A DNA stretch of 63,383 nucleotides, filler included, from Dicyema japonicum (GCA_011109175.1; 7 parts of 7 records of this genome joined end to end with filler, not necessarily neighbours in it), one strand, 5' to 3'. Counted from the first letter of the whole stretch, positions 47,025-61,009 are shown. Notes: generated by a model not told the origin, from the sequence alone. A program made the numbers and translations.

Positions 47025-48180
47025 TTAATTATAACAACACCACACATTCCAAAGATTTTTATTAAAACTATTTGGTTGAAGTGGAGCACTGTGACTTGGT
47101 TTTGGAATCAGTATACATTTGGCTGATTGTCTACAAAAAGTATGGAGCATCAATGACCTTATCGCTGTAATCCAATTTCGGATATCCCCGTCCAGGAAGA
47201 ATTCATTGCTATTTGGTTGAAGTGGAGCACTGTGACTTGGTTTTGGAATCAGTATACATTTGGCTGATTGTCTACAAAAAGTATGGAGCATCAATGACCT
47301 TATCGCTGTAATCCAATTTCGGATATCCCCGTCCAGGAAGAATTCATTGAGTTATTTGAGTAGTCTATAATCGTGTCTGGGAGGCTGATGGTGGCTTGCT
47401 ACTTTTTAGTAGGTCGGGCTAATTAACTAACTTTTGGGTATCCCCGTGGATGTTTTCGTCTCTCTTCTCTTGTGTGGTCTTGGGGATAACTGATCACTGT
47501 CAGGGACTGTGGTAACTCGATAGACCTAATTAGTTATTTACTATTAACTTGCTTTTTAGTGTGTTAAGATATCTTCCATCATCTATACTAATCTTAATCA
47601 AAAAGTACATGACCATGTACCGGCATTATATAATAAGATTGGCCTCACTAAAGCATTGTATAGTCTTTTCTTTTCCATGCAATATATCCGCAGCAATCAT
47701 GATATTATGTTTGACCAAGGTCCACGCAATTTGCGGTGCCAAATCTACTGATATTTTTCTAATTCCTCATCCAGGTATTTTCTGAATTCCTCGCTGTCAA
47801 TTATAGACCCTCCGGGCATCAGTGACAATATGCGGTCTTTTTGTCTGCAATTATTGTAGTCTATTTGATTGTAGATTTTCGCAATGCTTCCGTCAGACTT
47901 AGTTCTATTGCCTGACCAAGTTGTCCTGTGTCTTGCTGAGTGCATAAAAGATGTGTTACAAAGGAATAGGTTATTTGCTTAACAAAAGCTAGATAACAAG
48001 GTTCCTGCANTGTAGATTTTCGCAATGCTTCCGTCAGACTTAGTTCTATTGCCTGACCAAGTTGTCCTGTGTCTTGCTGAGTGCATAAAAGATGTGTTAC
48101 AAAGGAATAGGTTATTTGCTTGACAAAAGCTAGATAACAAGGTTCCTGCAATGTTCCTTTTTCCCCTTCCATGTCTTCCA
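47025..48180 (-). mobile_element. LINE RT remnants, partly duplicated by the assembly
   Basis: AKCILIPKP (RT domain 0/1); KRLYNALVRPILY (RTE-like thumb). Confidence 0.55.
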
Positions 48181-48189
48181 ATGAATGAT

Positions 48190-48764
48190 TCTTCTATAGT
48201 GATTCGATTTCCAACTTTTGCATGTTTTTTATTGATCCATATCCACTAGCAGTCAGCGTCACCCGGAAGTGTCAGCCCTATTGAATTTGCAGAAGAACTT
48301 AAGGCATAGATCCGAAAATACTATCGATCCTTAGACTGTTTGCAAACTGAAACAAGAACGAAGGCAAATTGAGAGAAAAATCAAACTCCTAAACAGACTA
48401 CATCACACTAGTCAGTTGGAAAGTAAGATCAGAGAGGTAGAAAACCTTAAAGACAATGCTGCGACATTCATGGCTATACGACTAATACGGAGGAAGAGCC
48501 AATCAGTGAAACTTATTTTGCATGACAGAAATGGAAAAACAATAGGAAATGTTGCAGAACAGACAGAGTTCATAGCATCGCATATTGAACAACTGTTCTT
48601 TGTAAAAGGAGAAAAATCAGATTTCACGCCTAAGAACACAACACTTGAACGGATCATTTCACCGGAGGAGGTTTGGATGGCGATAAGGAAACTTAAATCT
48701 GGGCGCTCTCCAGGACCAGATAATATACCATCTGAATTGCTAAAATTTGGCCCTCCAGAACTTG
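48190..48764 (+). mobile_element. RTE LINE pre-RT region
   Basis: EEVWMAIRKLKSGRSPGPDNIPSELLKFG. Confidence 0.85.
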
Positions 48765-48864
48765 NNNNNNNNNNNNNNNNNNNNNNNNNNNNNNNNNNNN
48801 NNNNNNNNTTAATTAATTAANNNNNNNNNNNNNNNNNNNNNNNNNNNNNNNNNNNNNNNNNNNN
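48765..48864. other. Artificial contig spacer
   Basis: 44N-TTAATTAATTAA-44N. Confidence 0.98.
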
Positions 48865-49399
48865 TTCTCACAAGTCTAGACGTCAGTAGACTATTTTCCA
48901 CAGTTGACATCTGTAAAAATTTCGACTCCGTTCCTAGGAAGGATCTCACTTCGAAAACTTTAGACGGAAATTTAAAATCTGGTCGTCTAATTTTTTAAAG
49001 GCCAGAAAGGAAGAGTCTGCCTTGCAAACATTCGATCTGTTTCCCAGATATATCCTAGTAATTTCGCCTGATGTTATAAAGTAGGATGGCTTTGTATCCA
49101 TATTCATTAAAAAGTACATAAAAATGCTGTAAATTGTATATCTTTAGTCAACCCATGAAGATCTTTCTATTAAATATTAAAAATATGAAGAATAATTTTT
49201 ATTTAGCAACTCAAAACATCACTAAAACCTAACTAATTATAAAGTGATCACGATGCGTTCCAACAGTGATTTCATCTATGCCAGTGTTCCTCCCTCGTGT
49301 CCTAGCATAATCGTAAAGGATAGCTCACAGTATTTATGGGACCGCATTCATGAGTAATATGAAAAAAATTCAATACTCAACTAATCCGGGAAACTGAAA

Positions 49400-50260
49400 C
49401 GAAACATAATGAATTTTAGTTGTCATAACATACACGCAATACTTGAACAGCCACTTAATGTCAATGAGCTCGAAACCAGAGGAGTATACACCAAAGATGC
49501 TCCAAATAAACTAAAAATGAGAGTATACCGGAAACTTCTGGAGGGCGACGTGCGGGCAGCCGTACGGGTTGTCACGTCCGATGATACAGTATTGTCTTGT
49601 ACCCCCGAGGTCCTAAATACCTTAATACTGAAGCACCCAGATGCACCGACTGACTATGAAAAGTTTTTGAATCTCGTAGGATCCTCGGAGATTATCATTA
49701 CAGAATCTGAAGTGCGCCACCGAATAACTTCATTTGCCGCTAGCAGCAATGGAGGCTTGGTAGGGTTACGCCCTGGCCATATTAAGGACGTTACGTCTTC
49801 TTACACCTTGGAAGCTGGACGCTGTCTTGTCAAATCAATTACGGACCTTATCAGAAAAATGGTTTACGGCGACATTTCAGACTATGCCATAGAATTGCTA
49901 TTCTCCGCAAGGCTACTTGCTTTCACAAAACTCAATGGAGGAATCCGCCCCATTCGGTCGGAAACTATTTCAGAAGACTTGCAGCAAAGCTAGAATCAAC
50001 CCTGGTGAGCCTACAACTTGGAGAAGAGTTTTTTCCTAAACAAATGGGTGTTAGTATCCAGCAAGGATGTGAGGCTACGGTTCATGCAGCAAGGCGTTTC
50101 TTCACACATAAAAATGTGGCAAAAGAATGCATTGGAATCAAGTTGGACATAACGAATGCATTCAATTCTCTCAGAAGAGATAAAATTATGGAAACATTTT
50201 GGAAGAGGGCTCCAGCTTTTCCCTCTTGTCAAATTATCTAATGGGGAAGATACATCTCTG
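49400..50260 (+). mobile_element. CRE-clade RT, N-terminal half
   Basis: LEGDVRAAVR..LKHP..SF..S.GG..GLRPGHIKD; ARLLAFTKLNGGIRPI; QMGVSIQQGCEATVHAAR; KLDITNAFNSLRR. Confidence 0.9.
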
Positions 50261-50399
50261 GTTTTTAGACCACAAAGAGGTTCTAACAATGCTGACCTAA
50301 GGGTAACTATTAAGTACTAACATATCCATAATGTGATAATCAAACATGTCATCCAGTTTGGTATTCTCCCATTTCCTGATCAATGATTGAAGCGAAATT

Positions 50400-51070
50400 A
50401 TCAGCTTCAAAGCTTCTAAATAAAAATCTTTAGTTAGTTAAAAGCTTCTTCGCGTAGCCCTAAAAGGGGTTCACTTGAGCCATGCTTTACAACACTTTTT
50501 CCTGACCTCCAACAATTCGGAATATTTGTATGTTGTCTCCAGGAGACAAAAGTTGTAAACGTGTATCGACTGCTCCTATCGCCGTCAGGCTGCCGAAATG
50601 ATTGGATGGAGTTCGCTATACATATGGACGCGACAGGATTGCCATCTTTAACTACCCCATGGAAACAACCGTAATATTACTCCATCGATATACATCGACC
50701 ACATAAAATTTGAAAATTTCTACTCGTCCTTATAATCGGCTTACTCCTCCCTGTCTAGCTCATACATGCTCTTTATAACAGGAGACTTGAATTCCAAAGT
50801 GGGGAAAAGCGGGACGAATCAAATTGCATGGGCAACCACGCTTGAGGGATCATAAATCTGTCTTTATACACTTCTGCGAGACTGTTCCTTTGTAACACGG
50901 CGTTCTGACATGCAGCGTGACATAATACGACGTTGTCAGGGCAGAGGAGAAACTCTTGTAGAAAACTGTGCAGGCAAACACTGAGGAAGCTACCCACGGA
51001 TCCAGTCGTATCAGTTTCCAAATATTTGACGAATAATAAATCTTCTGTAAGAAGAGCATGATCGTCAAAT
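50400..51070 (-). mobile_element. LINE RT remnant
   Basis: VDH..LF..; GVVKDGNPVAS resembles GVKQGDPLS. Confidence 0.45.
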
Positions 51071-51119
51071 TATCTTAGAGGGTAAGCTTCTAATAAGATT
51101 AACTGACATATCCCATTAG

Positions 51120-51720
51120 AATTGATTGGTTGTCATATATATGACTTTCGTCAATTTAAAGCGAAAAAATGGTATTTTTAAGCCTTTCACATAAAATATG
51201 TTCAACATTATCTGACATTTCGTCAATCCTGCGGCGAATTGAATCATTGCTAATTGGTACGGATTTTAAAATTTTGTCGAGATTTAAACACATCAGATCG
51301 GATAAAATCACTGATATAGATGGTTTGATGAGATTTTCACCAGAAACATGGGAACTCTCATTTTTGGCAATAATCATTGCAATTTTATAGGATGCAGTTA
51401 ATCCTCCTAAAAATAATTTAAAATAACAACGACTATTGATTCTTTCATTACTATTGTAAAAACAGTGTCAATCGTTTTTGTTTACGAAAAGAATCCTTTA
51501 ATTCTTCAAATACGCTAATGGTTTATCTTTTTTTATCCGAATGTTTTCTCCTAAGATAATCCAATAAGTTGGACGGTTCATTGCATCATTTGATAATGAC
51601 TTATTACACAGTAAGCAATATGGTCTATTATCAAAAGAATTTTTTTATAAATCCAAATGCCAAATATTCATTTTTATATGACGAATTTTTAATGTAGAAG
51701 GACAACTCATACACGAACAA
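51120..51720 (-). mobile_element. hAT (Buster/ZBED5-like) transposase N-terminal fragment
   Basis: EYLAFGFI..RPYCLLCNKSLSN (BED finger); IAKNESSHVSGENLIKP..VPISNDSIRRRIDEMS. Confidence 0.85.
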
Positions 51721-51959
51721 AAACAAGCATGGTAATTTTAAAAGTTTAAATAACAAAAGTTTACCACTTAAAAATAAATTAACTTAATTTAAACTGAAAA
51801 CTATAAGTGGAGAAAAGAGTTCGTCTGACCTTTTTTCTGCATCCAATTTTTTCTCTGATTATGACAACTGTTTGGAAATTGTAGAACTAAAAATATTTTC
51901 AACTGTGACGAAACAGCTTTATAAATAAAACAAACGCCGTCGAAATGTTTTGTTCAATT

Positions 51960-52480
51960 TAATGACAAATGCAATTGAATTAAAAAGATTAAAGTGAAGG
52001 TTTCCCTCCTTTTTTGTTGTAATGCACTTGGTGAAATGTTAAAACCTCTATTAATTGGAAAATTCAAATCTCCTCGGTGTTTAAAAAATTTTAAACGCCG
52101 AGGATCACGGAGTATTATATGCTGCCTCAAAAAATTCGTGGATGACTAGTGAGAAAATGATGCCAGAGACAACAATAATTAATTGTTGGCAGAAAATTAA
52201 CGAAAACAGATAAAAAATTTTGGAAAAATGTACAGTTGGACGAAGAATTAATAAATGACGTGATAGCAGATGTTATAATAATGGATTCGACAAATAATAT
52301 TCAGGACAAAATCACTTATGATGGATATGAATTCAAAAAATCATCAATTAAAGAAATCATAAACATCATGAATTCTCTAGAAGATAATATTCTTAGTACA
52401 TGTCCACAAAGTTAAAAATCTACTACGAATTTCGAAAAAAACTATCAGGAGAAAAAAAAAACTTATTCGGTGGCAAAATT
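51960..52480 (+). mobile_element. Tigger/pogo DDE transposase fragment
   Basis: VSLLFCCNALGEMLKPLLIGKFKSPRCLKNF..ASKNSWMTS..TIINCW. Confidence 0.85.
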
Positions 52481-52719
52481 ACTGATTATTTTTAATAGTA
52501 TATGTTGAGTTTATTTTAATTTGTACATTTTATTAAGAAAAGACTATGTTACAATTTTTATTAATATTAAATAATTTTAATTTATTGTTTTAAAATGCAA
52601 TAAAAATGTATGGAGGATAAAATAATAGCAAATAATTGTTTACCCACGCTTTTTTTGGCATTATGCTAAAAATGGTATTATGAATACACACTGTGAATTT
52701 GTTTCCGTCGAGGTAACGA

Positions 52720-53300
52720 GACCAAAGTGAAAAAGACCAACAACACAATGCTAGAGGGATACAATTCTATAGAAATTCCATGGGTCGAAGGTGCAGAAGC
52801 TGGTACTGGAACCACATTGTTCTACAGATACGTGAGCCAAAAATTATTATGAATACACACTGTAATTTGTTTCCGTCGAGGTGAGATGCTGCGGCAGTTG
52901 GATTCACGTCGTGGAATGTATTCAAAAAACCTTAGAAAGTGTTCCACAGAAATTGAAGAATTCTTCACAGAAATGATATGTCTATCCTAGTGGGTGATCT
53001 AAATGCCAAAAACATTGAATATGGATGCCTCGGTACTAACGATGATGGAATCAGGCTAAGGAAATTGAGTGACTGGATTTGAGATATTGACATCGGAAAA
53101 ACCGAATCATTACTCGCATTACGGGGGAGACATGCTTGGGGTGTTCCTGGTGTCACCACCACTCTACAATTATGTAGAAAAGCCGATGATCATGTGGGAC
53201 ATCGGAAGTGATCATATACCCAATGATCATATGGGACATCGATTACTTAGAAAAAAGGGTACCGAGATGAAGAGTCCTAGGCCTAACAGGCAGACTTATT
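52720..53300 (+). mobile_element. LINE family 1 APE fragment
   Basis: GDLNAKNIEYG..NDDGIRL..HYGGDMLGVFLVS..WDIGSDHIP. Confidence 0.85.
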
Positions 53301-53504
53301 AGTACCTATTCGTAAAATGTTGTTGATTTTTCATTTCATTTTTCAATGGTGCCCTAAACCGAGGTCGTACTGTAATAATATCTGAACATGCTAAAGAAAA
53401 CTTAGAAGACTGGCGTGGAATTCCAATAAACAGTTTCAAAATACAGGTTTATTACTTAACTCATTTTTCAAAAAAAATAAAATTTCAACATAAAATATCA
53501 TATT

Positions 53505-54532
53505 TATGGATCGTAAAATAATAATCATTTTAATTTGTCTAAAATTTGTCAAAATTTGACTTTAATTAGTGAATTTATCTATAATGCGGCAAAGAACATA
53601 GGTATCTGGTGATATATTATTAATTGATGCACATTGCCTTTGGTAGGATTGGTGACGTGACTGGAAAAAACGGAATTCATGGACTCCTTTCACAGAGACT
53701 AGCTTCATCACATCCTTTTCTCTTCCCGGAACCACCACAGACTGCCGATCGACATTCTTTAAAGGAGATCGAGGAGCACATAGATTTATCGCGAGATCCT
53801 AGAGGCGAGATGGAGGCTGTTTAGACATATACTTTATCTGGACCTGAGGACCCACTCAAACGTAGCTATGGAGGATTACTTTGTAGTGGATGCTCCGCTT
53901 TTTTGAGGTCAAACTAAGACAACTTTGCCGACCATCCTTGATGAAGTATCACATAAAGAACTAATCTGGCAGAGTAGTAGTAACCTTTTGCTATTGATGA
54001 ATTATACAATTAATGTAAGAGGGAGTCATCAGAAACTGTAGACACCACATTTGAATATCATCTGAGATTGTAAAACAACACCTGATTAAGTTATCGACCA
54101 GAGAATGCTAGAGTCTGCTTTTCAATGTCACGTCTTCTCTGCAGAGGAATCCGAATGGGGAGGGGAACTTCCTAACCAATCGACTTTGTTTTGCCTTGGA
54201 AAAGGACAAACTAAGCGGGTATTCTTCTTCCTTATAGACCCGAAGGATCCGGTTCCGCGACTACGGGTCGCAAACTAAAAAGGGAATATCGCAGTGATTG
54301 ATATTATTATTGTGTTAGCAATGTCATTTATAATAAATTTGTACATTTAAATTTAAAATTTGTTATAGTGGGTCTTAGATTTCACGTGAAACTTTGTTCA
54401 ACAATTTTAAATTGACTACATGTGAGATTAAACGTTAAGTTTTAGACCGAAAATACATGGGACATCAAAAAGTCAGAGATATCAGTCAGGTCATATTCAG
54501 AATGTAAAATGATTATTATTTTACGATCCATA
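53505..54532. mobile_element. Candidate non-autonomous TIR element (28-bp perfect inverted repeat, TA at both ends)
   Basis: tatggatcgtaaaataataatcatttta (53505-53532) is the exact reverse complement of 54505-54532. Confidence 0.55.
53640..53960 (+). mobile_element. RTE LINE 3' fragment
   Basis: ARWRLFRHIL..NVAMEDYF..TKTTLPTILDE. Confidence 0.8.
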
Positions 54533-55559
54533 CAATCCACGCATTGTAAATTAAACTGTCAACTCCGTTGTGTGATAGGACTATACAGAAGACGAAGCAA
54601 TTCTAAATAACCAGGTAATAACGTTAAACATGATATTGAGAAGGTAACTCTCAATTTTATTTATTTCTGATGCACTGAGAATATAGTTAACATTTTGATT
54701 GAAAAACCAGGACCTTCCACTTTACAAATGTTGTGGGGGATAGCAAATGATTCAGTAAGTGGCCCCCGTATATTACTGCTTGCATGATGTTTTTCTGGAA
54801 CAAAGATTAGGAAGGAATGAATTAATCCACAAAAACAAAAGGAAATCTCTTGTAAAGTATCCGATTCATTTGAGGCCTAGAAACAAATAAAGACTTTACG
54901 TGTAGAGACGAAGTATTGTTTGAGGAAAGCATGATTCTGCGGGTCATAAAAAGAAAGAACGTATGTTCACAATCATAGAATTCATCCATCGAAGGTATAA
55001 AGAACCTGGTGTTATGCATCTAGACTTTTGAAAGAGATCCAGGAGAAATCTTTAATTAACAAATATTGTTGTGTCTTATACAAAACTGAAATTTAAAAGA
55101 CTAGGGGACTCAAGACACACTTCGTGAAGTCAATTGTTGCGAACGAGTCAGTAGAGATTACAACAGTAGCCAAGGATACGAAGGTAAAGAATAGCAAAGA
55201 AAGTGTTTGATAAAAGGAGCGACATCACTTTGGTCGACATAGGAATCACCTCAACACGCATTAAAACAAGTCGAAGAAGTAGAAAGCTGCAAAAATCTGA
55301 CCACAAGCATATATTCAGACAATTGTGATTAAGTAGACTCTAAGCATGAGGTAGAGCATAATTATGGGTTAGTCACAGCGGAAGGCTGTGGGAAACTATT
55401 ATCGACATTGGAATGATTGACAAAGGACATGAAATTACTTGAAAACTAAAATGATGAAATTGAGGAAAGGGAAGCTCACCGGCCCAAACTATTTACTCTA
55501 AGTGTGGATGAGCCTGGCTTTAAGAGGAGACGAATTACTTGAGGCAGACTTTATCAGTT

Positions 55560-56780
55560 GTAAGTCTGGTCTACTCAAATGAGTCGTGGTCAATGGCCAT
55601 TTCCAACTCCTCTCTCCTGTCCGTAATCCAGGAAGTTGCTAAAAGAGTCATTGGTCGCAACTTTGTGTTCGACACTTGGAAGCAGTTTTTATTGGACGAG
55701 AACGGTAGTTGGTGAGAGCAGCTACTCTGCCTAACAACTACCTCTACGAAAACATGACCAAATACCTTTAAAGCCACACAAGATACGAGATAACCATATT
55801 TCCTTTCTAGAGAGCCATCCAGGAATCTCGTCCATTCTTTTCCAATTAATAGCAAAAATCAGTACATCTGACAGAGATTAGGTGCGAATCTTGACCTTGC
55901 TCATTCTTATGACTCCAAAATAAGTCTCCTAGTATATGACCTGCAGCGAAGTTGACTCTATGTACTCCAGGAATTACATGGATAATTTATCTATTAAAGA
56001 TTCTCCCAAATCAAAAATTCAAGATCCAAATCCAGAAGAATCGAGATGTTCCTAGTAGTCACCGCAAAATGACTTGATAAAAGTCAAAGTAGGAAAGTTC
56101 ATAAGTAAGATTGAATTACATAATCTAAGACATGTTCTACAGAGATTTCTGAGTTCTAAGATAAAAATTCCTATACCTTTTTATTGGCGATCTTAATTCG
56201 AATAATATTAGTTATGGTTATTACAAGACAAATCAGGATGGACGCAGTTTAGAATTATTGTCTGAATCTTTTGGCTTTGTGATCCTTACATTGAACGACC
56301 AAAACATTTTTATTATCATGGTGGTGACAATCTGGGTGTATTCATAGTATCATCACCTCTATTTGTCTATGTGGAAAAGCCTAAAACGCTATGGGATATA
56401 GGGAGCTAAATTCTCCAAGGACTAGTTATACAATGAGGAAGGATAGCATGGAAGATGTTTTCTTGAAGTTTAACATATTCGGTGTAGGTCAGTACTCCAG
56501 GATATGACCACATATCAATGAAGTTTATCAAGAGGGTCTGGATATTTTATTTGACTATCTGCGATATCTTTACGATGGGCGGTTAAAACTTTGTCATCTC
56601 ACTTTAATATGAAGGAAAGCTGTAGTGAGGATGATTCCTAGACCAGGGAAACCATAGAGAGATCAGGCAAGTTACAGGACAATTAGCTTAATATCTCCAG
56701 ACATGAATAAATGGAAAATGTTTGGAGCATGATAAAGCAAAATATACCAAAATATAAATTAGGCTTTTGATACATCCAAG
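55560..56780 (+). mobile_element. LINE family 1, ORF1 end to APE (decayed)
   Basis: FIGDLNSNNISYGYYKTNQDG..HGGDNLGVFIVS..WDIGS. Confidence 0.75.
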
Positions 56781-57479
56781 AAAAAGAAAACAAAGAAGTG
56801 AAGAGCATTCCTTGATCCTCCCTCGATTAGCTATTATAACTTTTTTTCTTAAAATAAAGCGTGTGCTCGGAAAGTGAGAATATTATTATTATTGTAGAAA
56901 CACAAATACTGCATTTATTTATTTTTATTGAGAAATGATATCCTCTGATTCTCTTGGAGATAACGATGTTCTTAATCGTGAATTATTAGTAATTTATAGG
57001 TTCTTATGACTATGGCCCTAATTACTGAAAGTCTAGCAGTTCGAATGGCTGAGAAGGAAAGTGAAATTATAGAATTTTTTTTACGAACTTTCCGAGTTGA
57101 AAGCAAATCACCATTTTGAATGTCCTGAATTAGTACACTATTCGTCTACAATTCGAGACTGAACGATCTAAAAAAATTTTAATATAAAATTAATGACAAA
57201 TACAATTCGAAGTTTTACAACAACTCATCGTACTCTAAAAATAATAAAGTCTCATTCAATCAGTAATATTAATTAAATTTAGAAAACAAATATATGTTAT
57301 AAATTTGTGTAATTGGTGTAATTATTGTAACCATTGTTATCATTTATTTAATAAAATATAATAGAAGAAGACGTTTTTCTCCATTACAGATTGGGAAATT
57401 CAATTATTAATATTATTTTCTATTAGATTATAATAATGACTTATAAATTCTTTTTTCGTTATATTTAGTTTATAATTTA

Positions 57480-57620
57480 AGAAACTTGACGCCTAGCTAC
57501 ACTAAAAAGCCACGATGGACGCAAGACCCGATGGCTTCTTCAGTTGATGTCTGTTGCAATCATGAGAGGCAACGCAACGTCGATAATGTAAGCGGGTTCC
57601 ACTTTGGATGGTTGGCTGTG
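57480..57620 (+). mobile_element. CRE-clade 3' end
   Basis: RLATLKSHD..TRWLLQLMSVAIMRGNATSIM. Confidence 0.8.
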
Positions 57621-57842
57621 TTAATTTAATATGTTTTGATTCCCGTCGACATAATTGATGCTGATTTCTTTCTCAATAATCCAAGGAGATCAACTGAAGG
57701 AGTAAATAGCTACTGAGAGTAGCTAAGTGTCGAATCTCTAGTGACCAAACTTAGTATATAGATAGACACAACTATTCTGGACACGCAAGCATAATTAGTA
57801 TTTTATTATATAAATGCTTGTATTGTAAACAAAATTAAAAAC

Positions 57843-57900
57843 TACCGGGTTTTCCAAAATAAGCCTATGGGCTAAAATAAGCCATGTTTTCAGGAGGATT
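57843..57900 (+). mobile_element. Solitary pogo/Tc2-like terminal inverted repeat
   Basis: taccgggttttccaaaataagcc..aaaataagcc resembles TACCG..AAAATAAG(C/A)C ends; partner end not found. Confidence 0.35.
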
Positions 57901-57999
57901 TTAATCCCAGGGGTCAAAAACCTTGGCGTAAATAAGCTTTGGTTTTTTGGAAATTAATAAAATTGAAGAGCCACTTTTTAAAATAATAAAAAGTTAAAA

Positions 58000-59444
58000 A
58001 ATTATTCTATCTACTAAGTAGATTGATCTATACTATAGATCATTTCAGTCCTGGAAAATTCAGGAATTTACAACTTTCTCTAAATGTTGTTTCATCATGC
58101 TAAATTCGCGTCCTTCTGATCGACTTTGAGTGATTTAGTTGTTCTCTATTAGGAGAAAGCTTACAAAAAATAGAATTTTGGAAAGGAAAGGCTTTCATTT
58201 TGATGAATAATCGCTTTCTAATTTGCTTCGCAGTAAAGAAGATAAACTAAAGCTTAATATTATCGAGGTTAATTTAGTCTTTCTTGCTTTTCTAGATAGA
58301 ACATAATTATAACTATTTTGGTAGAGCGAATATTGAGTGTGTTCAACAAAGATTGCCGTTATGATAGCATTGCTACAACTAGATACATAGTTAGAGAATT
58401 ATAAATATACCTCGAGGGCGAAATGGATATGTCATTATTAAAGTTAATATTTCAAGAATAAAAAAAGACTTTTTGACATTCATTAAGTGTTATCGATTTC
58501 AGCATTGTGGTGCTTCTAGATTTGATTTCTTATTATCCTCCTCAAAACTGAAATTCATTATTCAAGATATTCAGAAATGCTTGAGTAGGAAAAGGATCCG
58601 TATTGGAACTTGCAGCTTCATTTTAATTCGCATTCAACAACTTCAAAACCTGTGCAATCTTTGCTATAACAAGATTTATCAGGAAATAATACTTGAAGAT
58701 AAAAATCCTCACGAATCACTCATCCAATAGTAACAAATACATGCAAAAAAGTAACTACCGGTCTTTATAGGTAGGCATTGAGACATACGTGGTGACCTCC
58801 TGGTAGCATATAATGATAATTTAGATTAAAAATTAATTATCGAAAACAAAATAAGTTTAAATAATTTTATTATATTATGGAACAAGTGGTTCTTGATGCT
58901 CTACCCTATTATGAGCTGGAGAATACAATTTTCATGCAGCTCGGAAGTCTGGTTGAAGTATAACAGTATACATTCGAAATTATCGGAGTACATGCAGAAG
59001 TTGGATGGGATAAGGTTTGGATCGTGAATATTTGAAGGAAGAAAATCGAGGAAGTTAATATTATGAGGAAAAATGTTCAGATTGAGGCTGGAAATCATAT
59101 TAAATGTTTGGAGAATCAGTTTGGGCATTGGTGGTTTTTTAGTTGGATGAATTTTGTCAGGAAGAATTATGATTTTGAGTAGGTAATTGTAAATGGAATA
59201 CGGACAGAATAATTATTTTTTTCAAAAATATCGGTTTTTTTGTTAATTTTTATTAATTAATTGCGTCTACTTTCTCCAAAACCATTATTCGATGCTTAAT
59301 CTACTATACAACTCCTTGGAGGAATCCGACAAGTCACTATATATCTCCTTTATCTTATCCAGCCGATTGTCCACGAGATATATCAACGTGTATCCATTCT
59401 CACGGTGACCGTCAGTTGATCATCAAAATCAGTCAATCGGAAAA
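58000..59444 (-). CDS. Possible unidentified multi-exon gene
   Basis: Several coding-like stretches (e.g. 58901-59128) separated by AT-rich GT..AG segments; no homolog recognised. Confidence 0.25.
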
Positions 59445-59544
59445 NNNNNNNNNNNNNNNNNNNNNNNNNNNNNNNNNNNNNNNNNNNNTTAATTAATTAA
59501 NNNNNNNNNNNNNNNNNNNNNNNNNNNNNNNNNNNNNNNNNNNN
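59445..59544. other. Artificial contig spacer
   Basis: 44N-TTAATTAATTAA-44N. Confidence 0.98.
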
Positions 59545-60906
59545 TAGGGCGAACATTTTTTAACCTTAAAAATTGAAAAAAATTAACCTTAAAAAGTTAA
59601 CTTTATTAACCTATAAACCAAAATTTTTAACTTTAAAATTAAAAAAATTAACTTAATTTTTTCTCAACTTAAACTTGTAAAGTTCTCAGTTTAAACTTTT
59701 ATACAAGAAAATAGAAGACAAAAGTTATTTTAAGGACTATTTGTTGAAAATTTACATAACGTAATTTTCCAGATTTTGCGTACCAACGTTTCTATTTGAC
59801 CTCAAGAAACTCCTGAATTGCGAAAAGCATCGTCCGACAGATGCTGAGGATGGCTAACAGTTTTGAAGGAACGAATAATCTTCAGGAGAGATATTTTTGT
59901 ATTCCATGTTAATAATTTTAGTTAGATCGCTTTCCAAAATTTTTTTCTCCAAATATTTTTTAACCCCTGTTTCATTTTTCCCGAAGTCTTTTGCACTAAG
60001 CGTCAAATATGCGTAGTCTATTGTACATTCGTTACTTTCAAATTTTAATATTTTTTCTATAAATTACTATTTAAGAACAACCTGGAATAGCTATGCGAAA
60101 TTACACATCAACTTTGTACTAATCTATCATTTTCACTCTTCGTAGAAGTTACTAAAATTTCCTCGTTCTCAATTAACTCAAAATATTAATCACTGAGATT
60201 CAATTTTTTGAATAATAAGATGCAGCTTTTAACCAGGTACCCCATCTAGTCAATACGACTTTTGGCGGAATTCCAATTTCTGAAAACAACAATTGTCGCT
60301 TTTGGTTCTTCCTAATAGCAGCTTGTACGCTAGCTATCACATCATCAACTTCTGGATAAGATTTTCTGACCTCCATTGAACAATTATGTAAAATATGGGC
60401 GACGCAATTGACATGGAAAAGATTAGGATATAGATCTTTTAAAATTTTCCCGGCTAAATCGTAAATGAATTAAAACAATACCGGCTATCATATACCTCAG
60501 CATCAGAAATAAGAAGCATAAAATTATCCCTTTCGACCATAAGATTTCGGATCAAATCATCAACAATCTGCGCTATAATATTTTTTGTAGGTGCAAAATC
60601 AATTTCAGAAATAAGAAGCATAAAATTATCCATTTCGACCATAAGATTTCGGATCGAATCATCAACAATCTGCGCTATAATATTTTTTGTAGGTACAGAA
60701 TCAATTTGCTTAAATATTTATTTAATAGTAAAATAATAATTTGTTGAAATAATGAAAAAAATTAAGTTAAAAAAAAATTAACCCTACAATTTATTTTTTT
60801 AACTTTATTATTTTTTAAAATATAAAGATAAAATGTTTAAAATAGTGAAAAACAGTTTTTATTTAATTTTTATATAAAATATTAAAATTTAACTTTATCA
60901 CCCCTA
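59545..60906 (-). mobile_element. Internally deleted hAT-like transposon (CGGBP-related type)
   Basis: Ends TAGGG..CCCTA; LLISDA..HVNCVAHILHN..YPEVDDVIAS..PPKVVLTRWGTWLKAASYY. Confidence 0.75.
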
Positions 60907-61009
60907 CTAATTACTAATTAGTAATTAGTCTTGTACTTTTCACATCGCCTATCATTGATTTTAATTGTAAAAAATGTATTGATTATAAAAATAATTAAAT
61001 TAATAAAGC

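Noticed and set aside
52677-52882. 37-bp direct repeat (attatgaatacacactgt..ccgtcgaggt), 169 bp apart
   Set aside because: Lies in LINE debris; a local duplication or TSD-like remnant with no further structure.
53624-53900. Apparent peptidase-like or RPL34-like (RSYGGLLCSGC) peptide
   Set aside because: Another frame gives RWRLFRHIL..TTLPTILDE, the RTE C-terminus.
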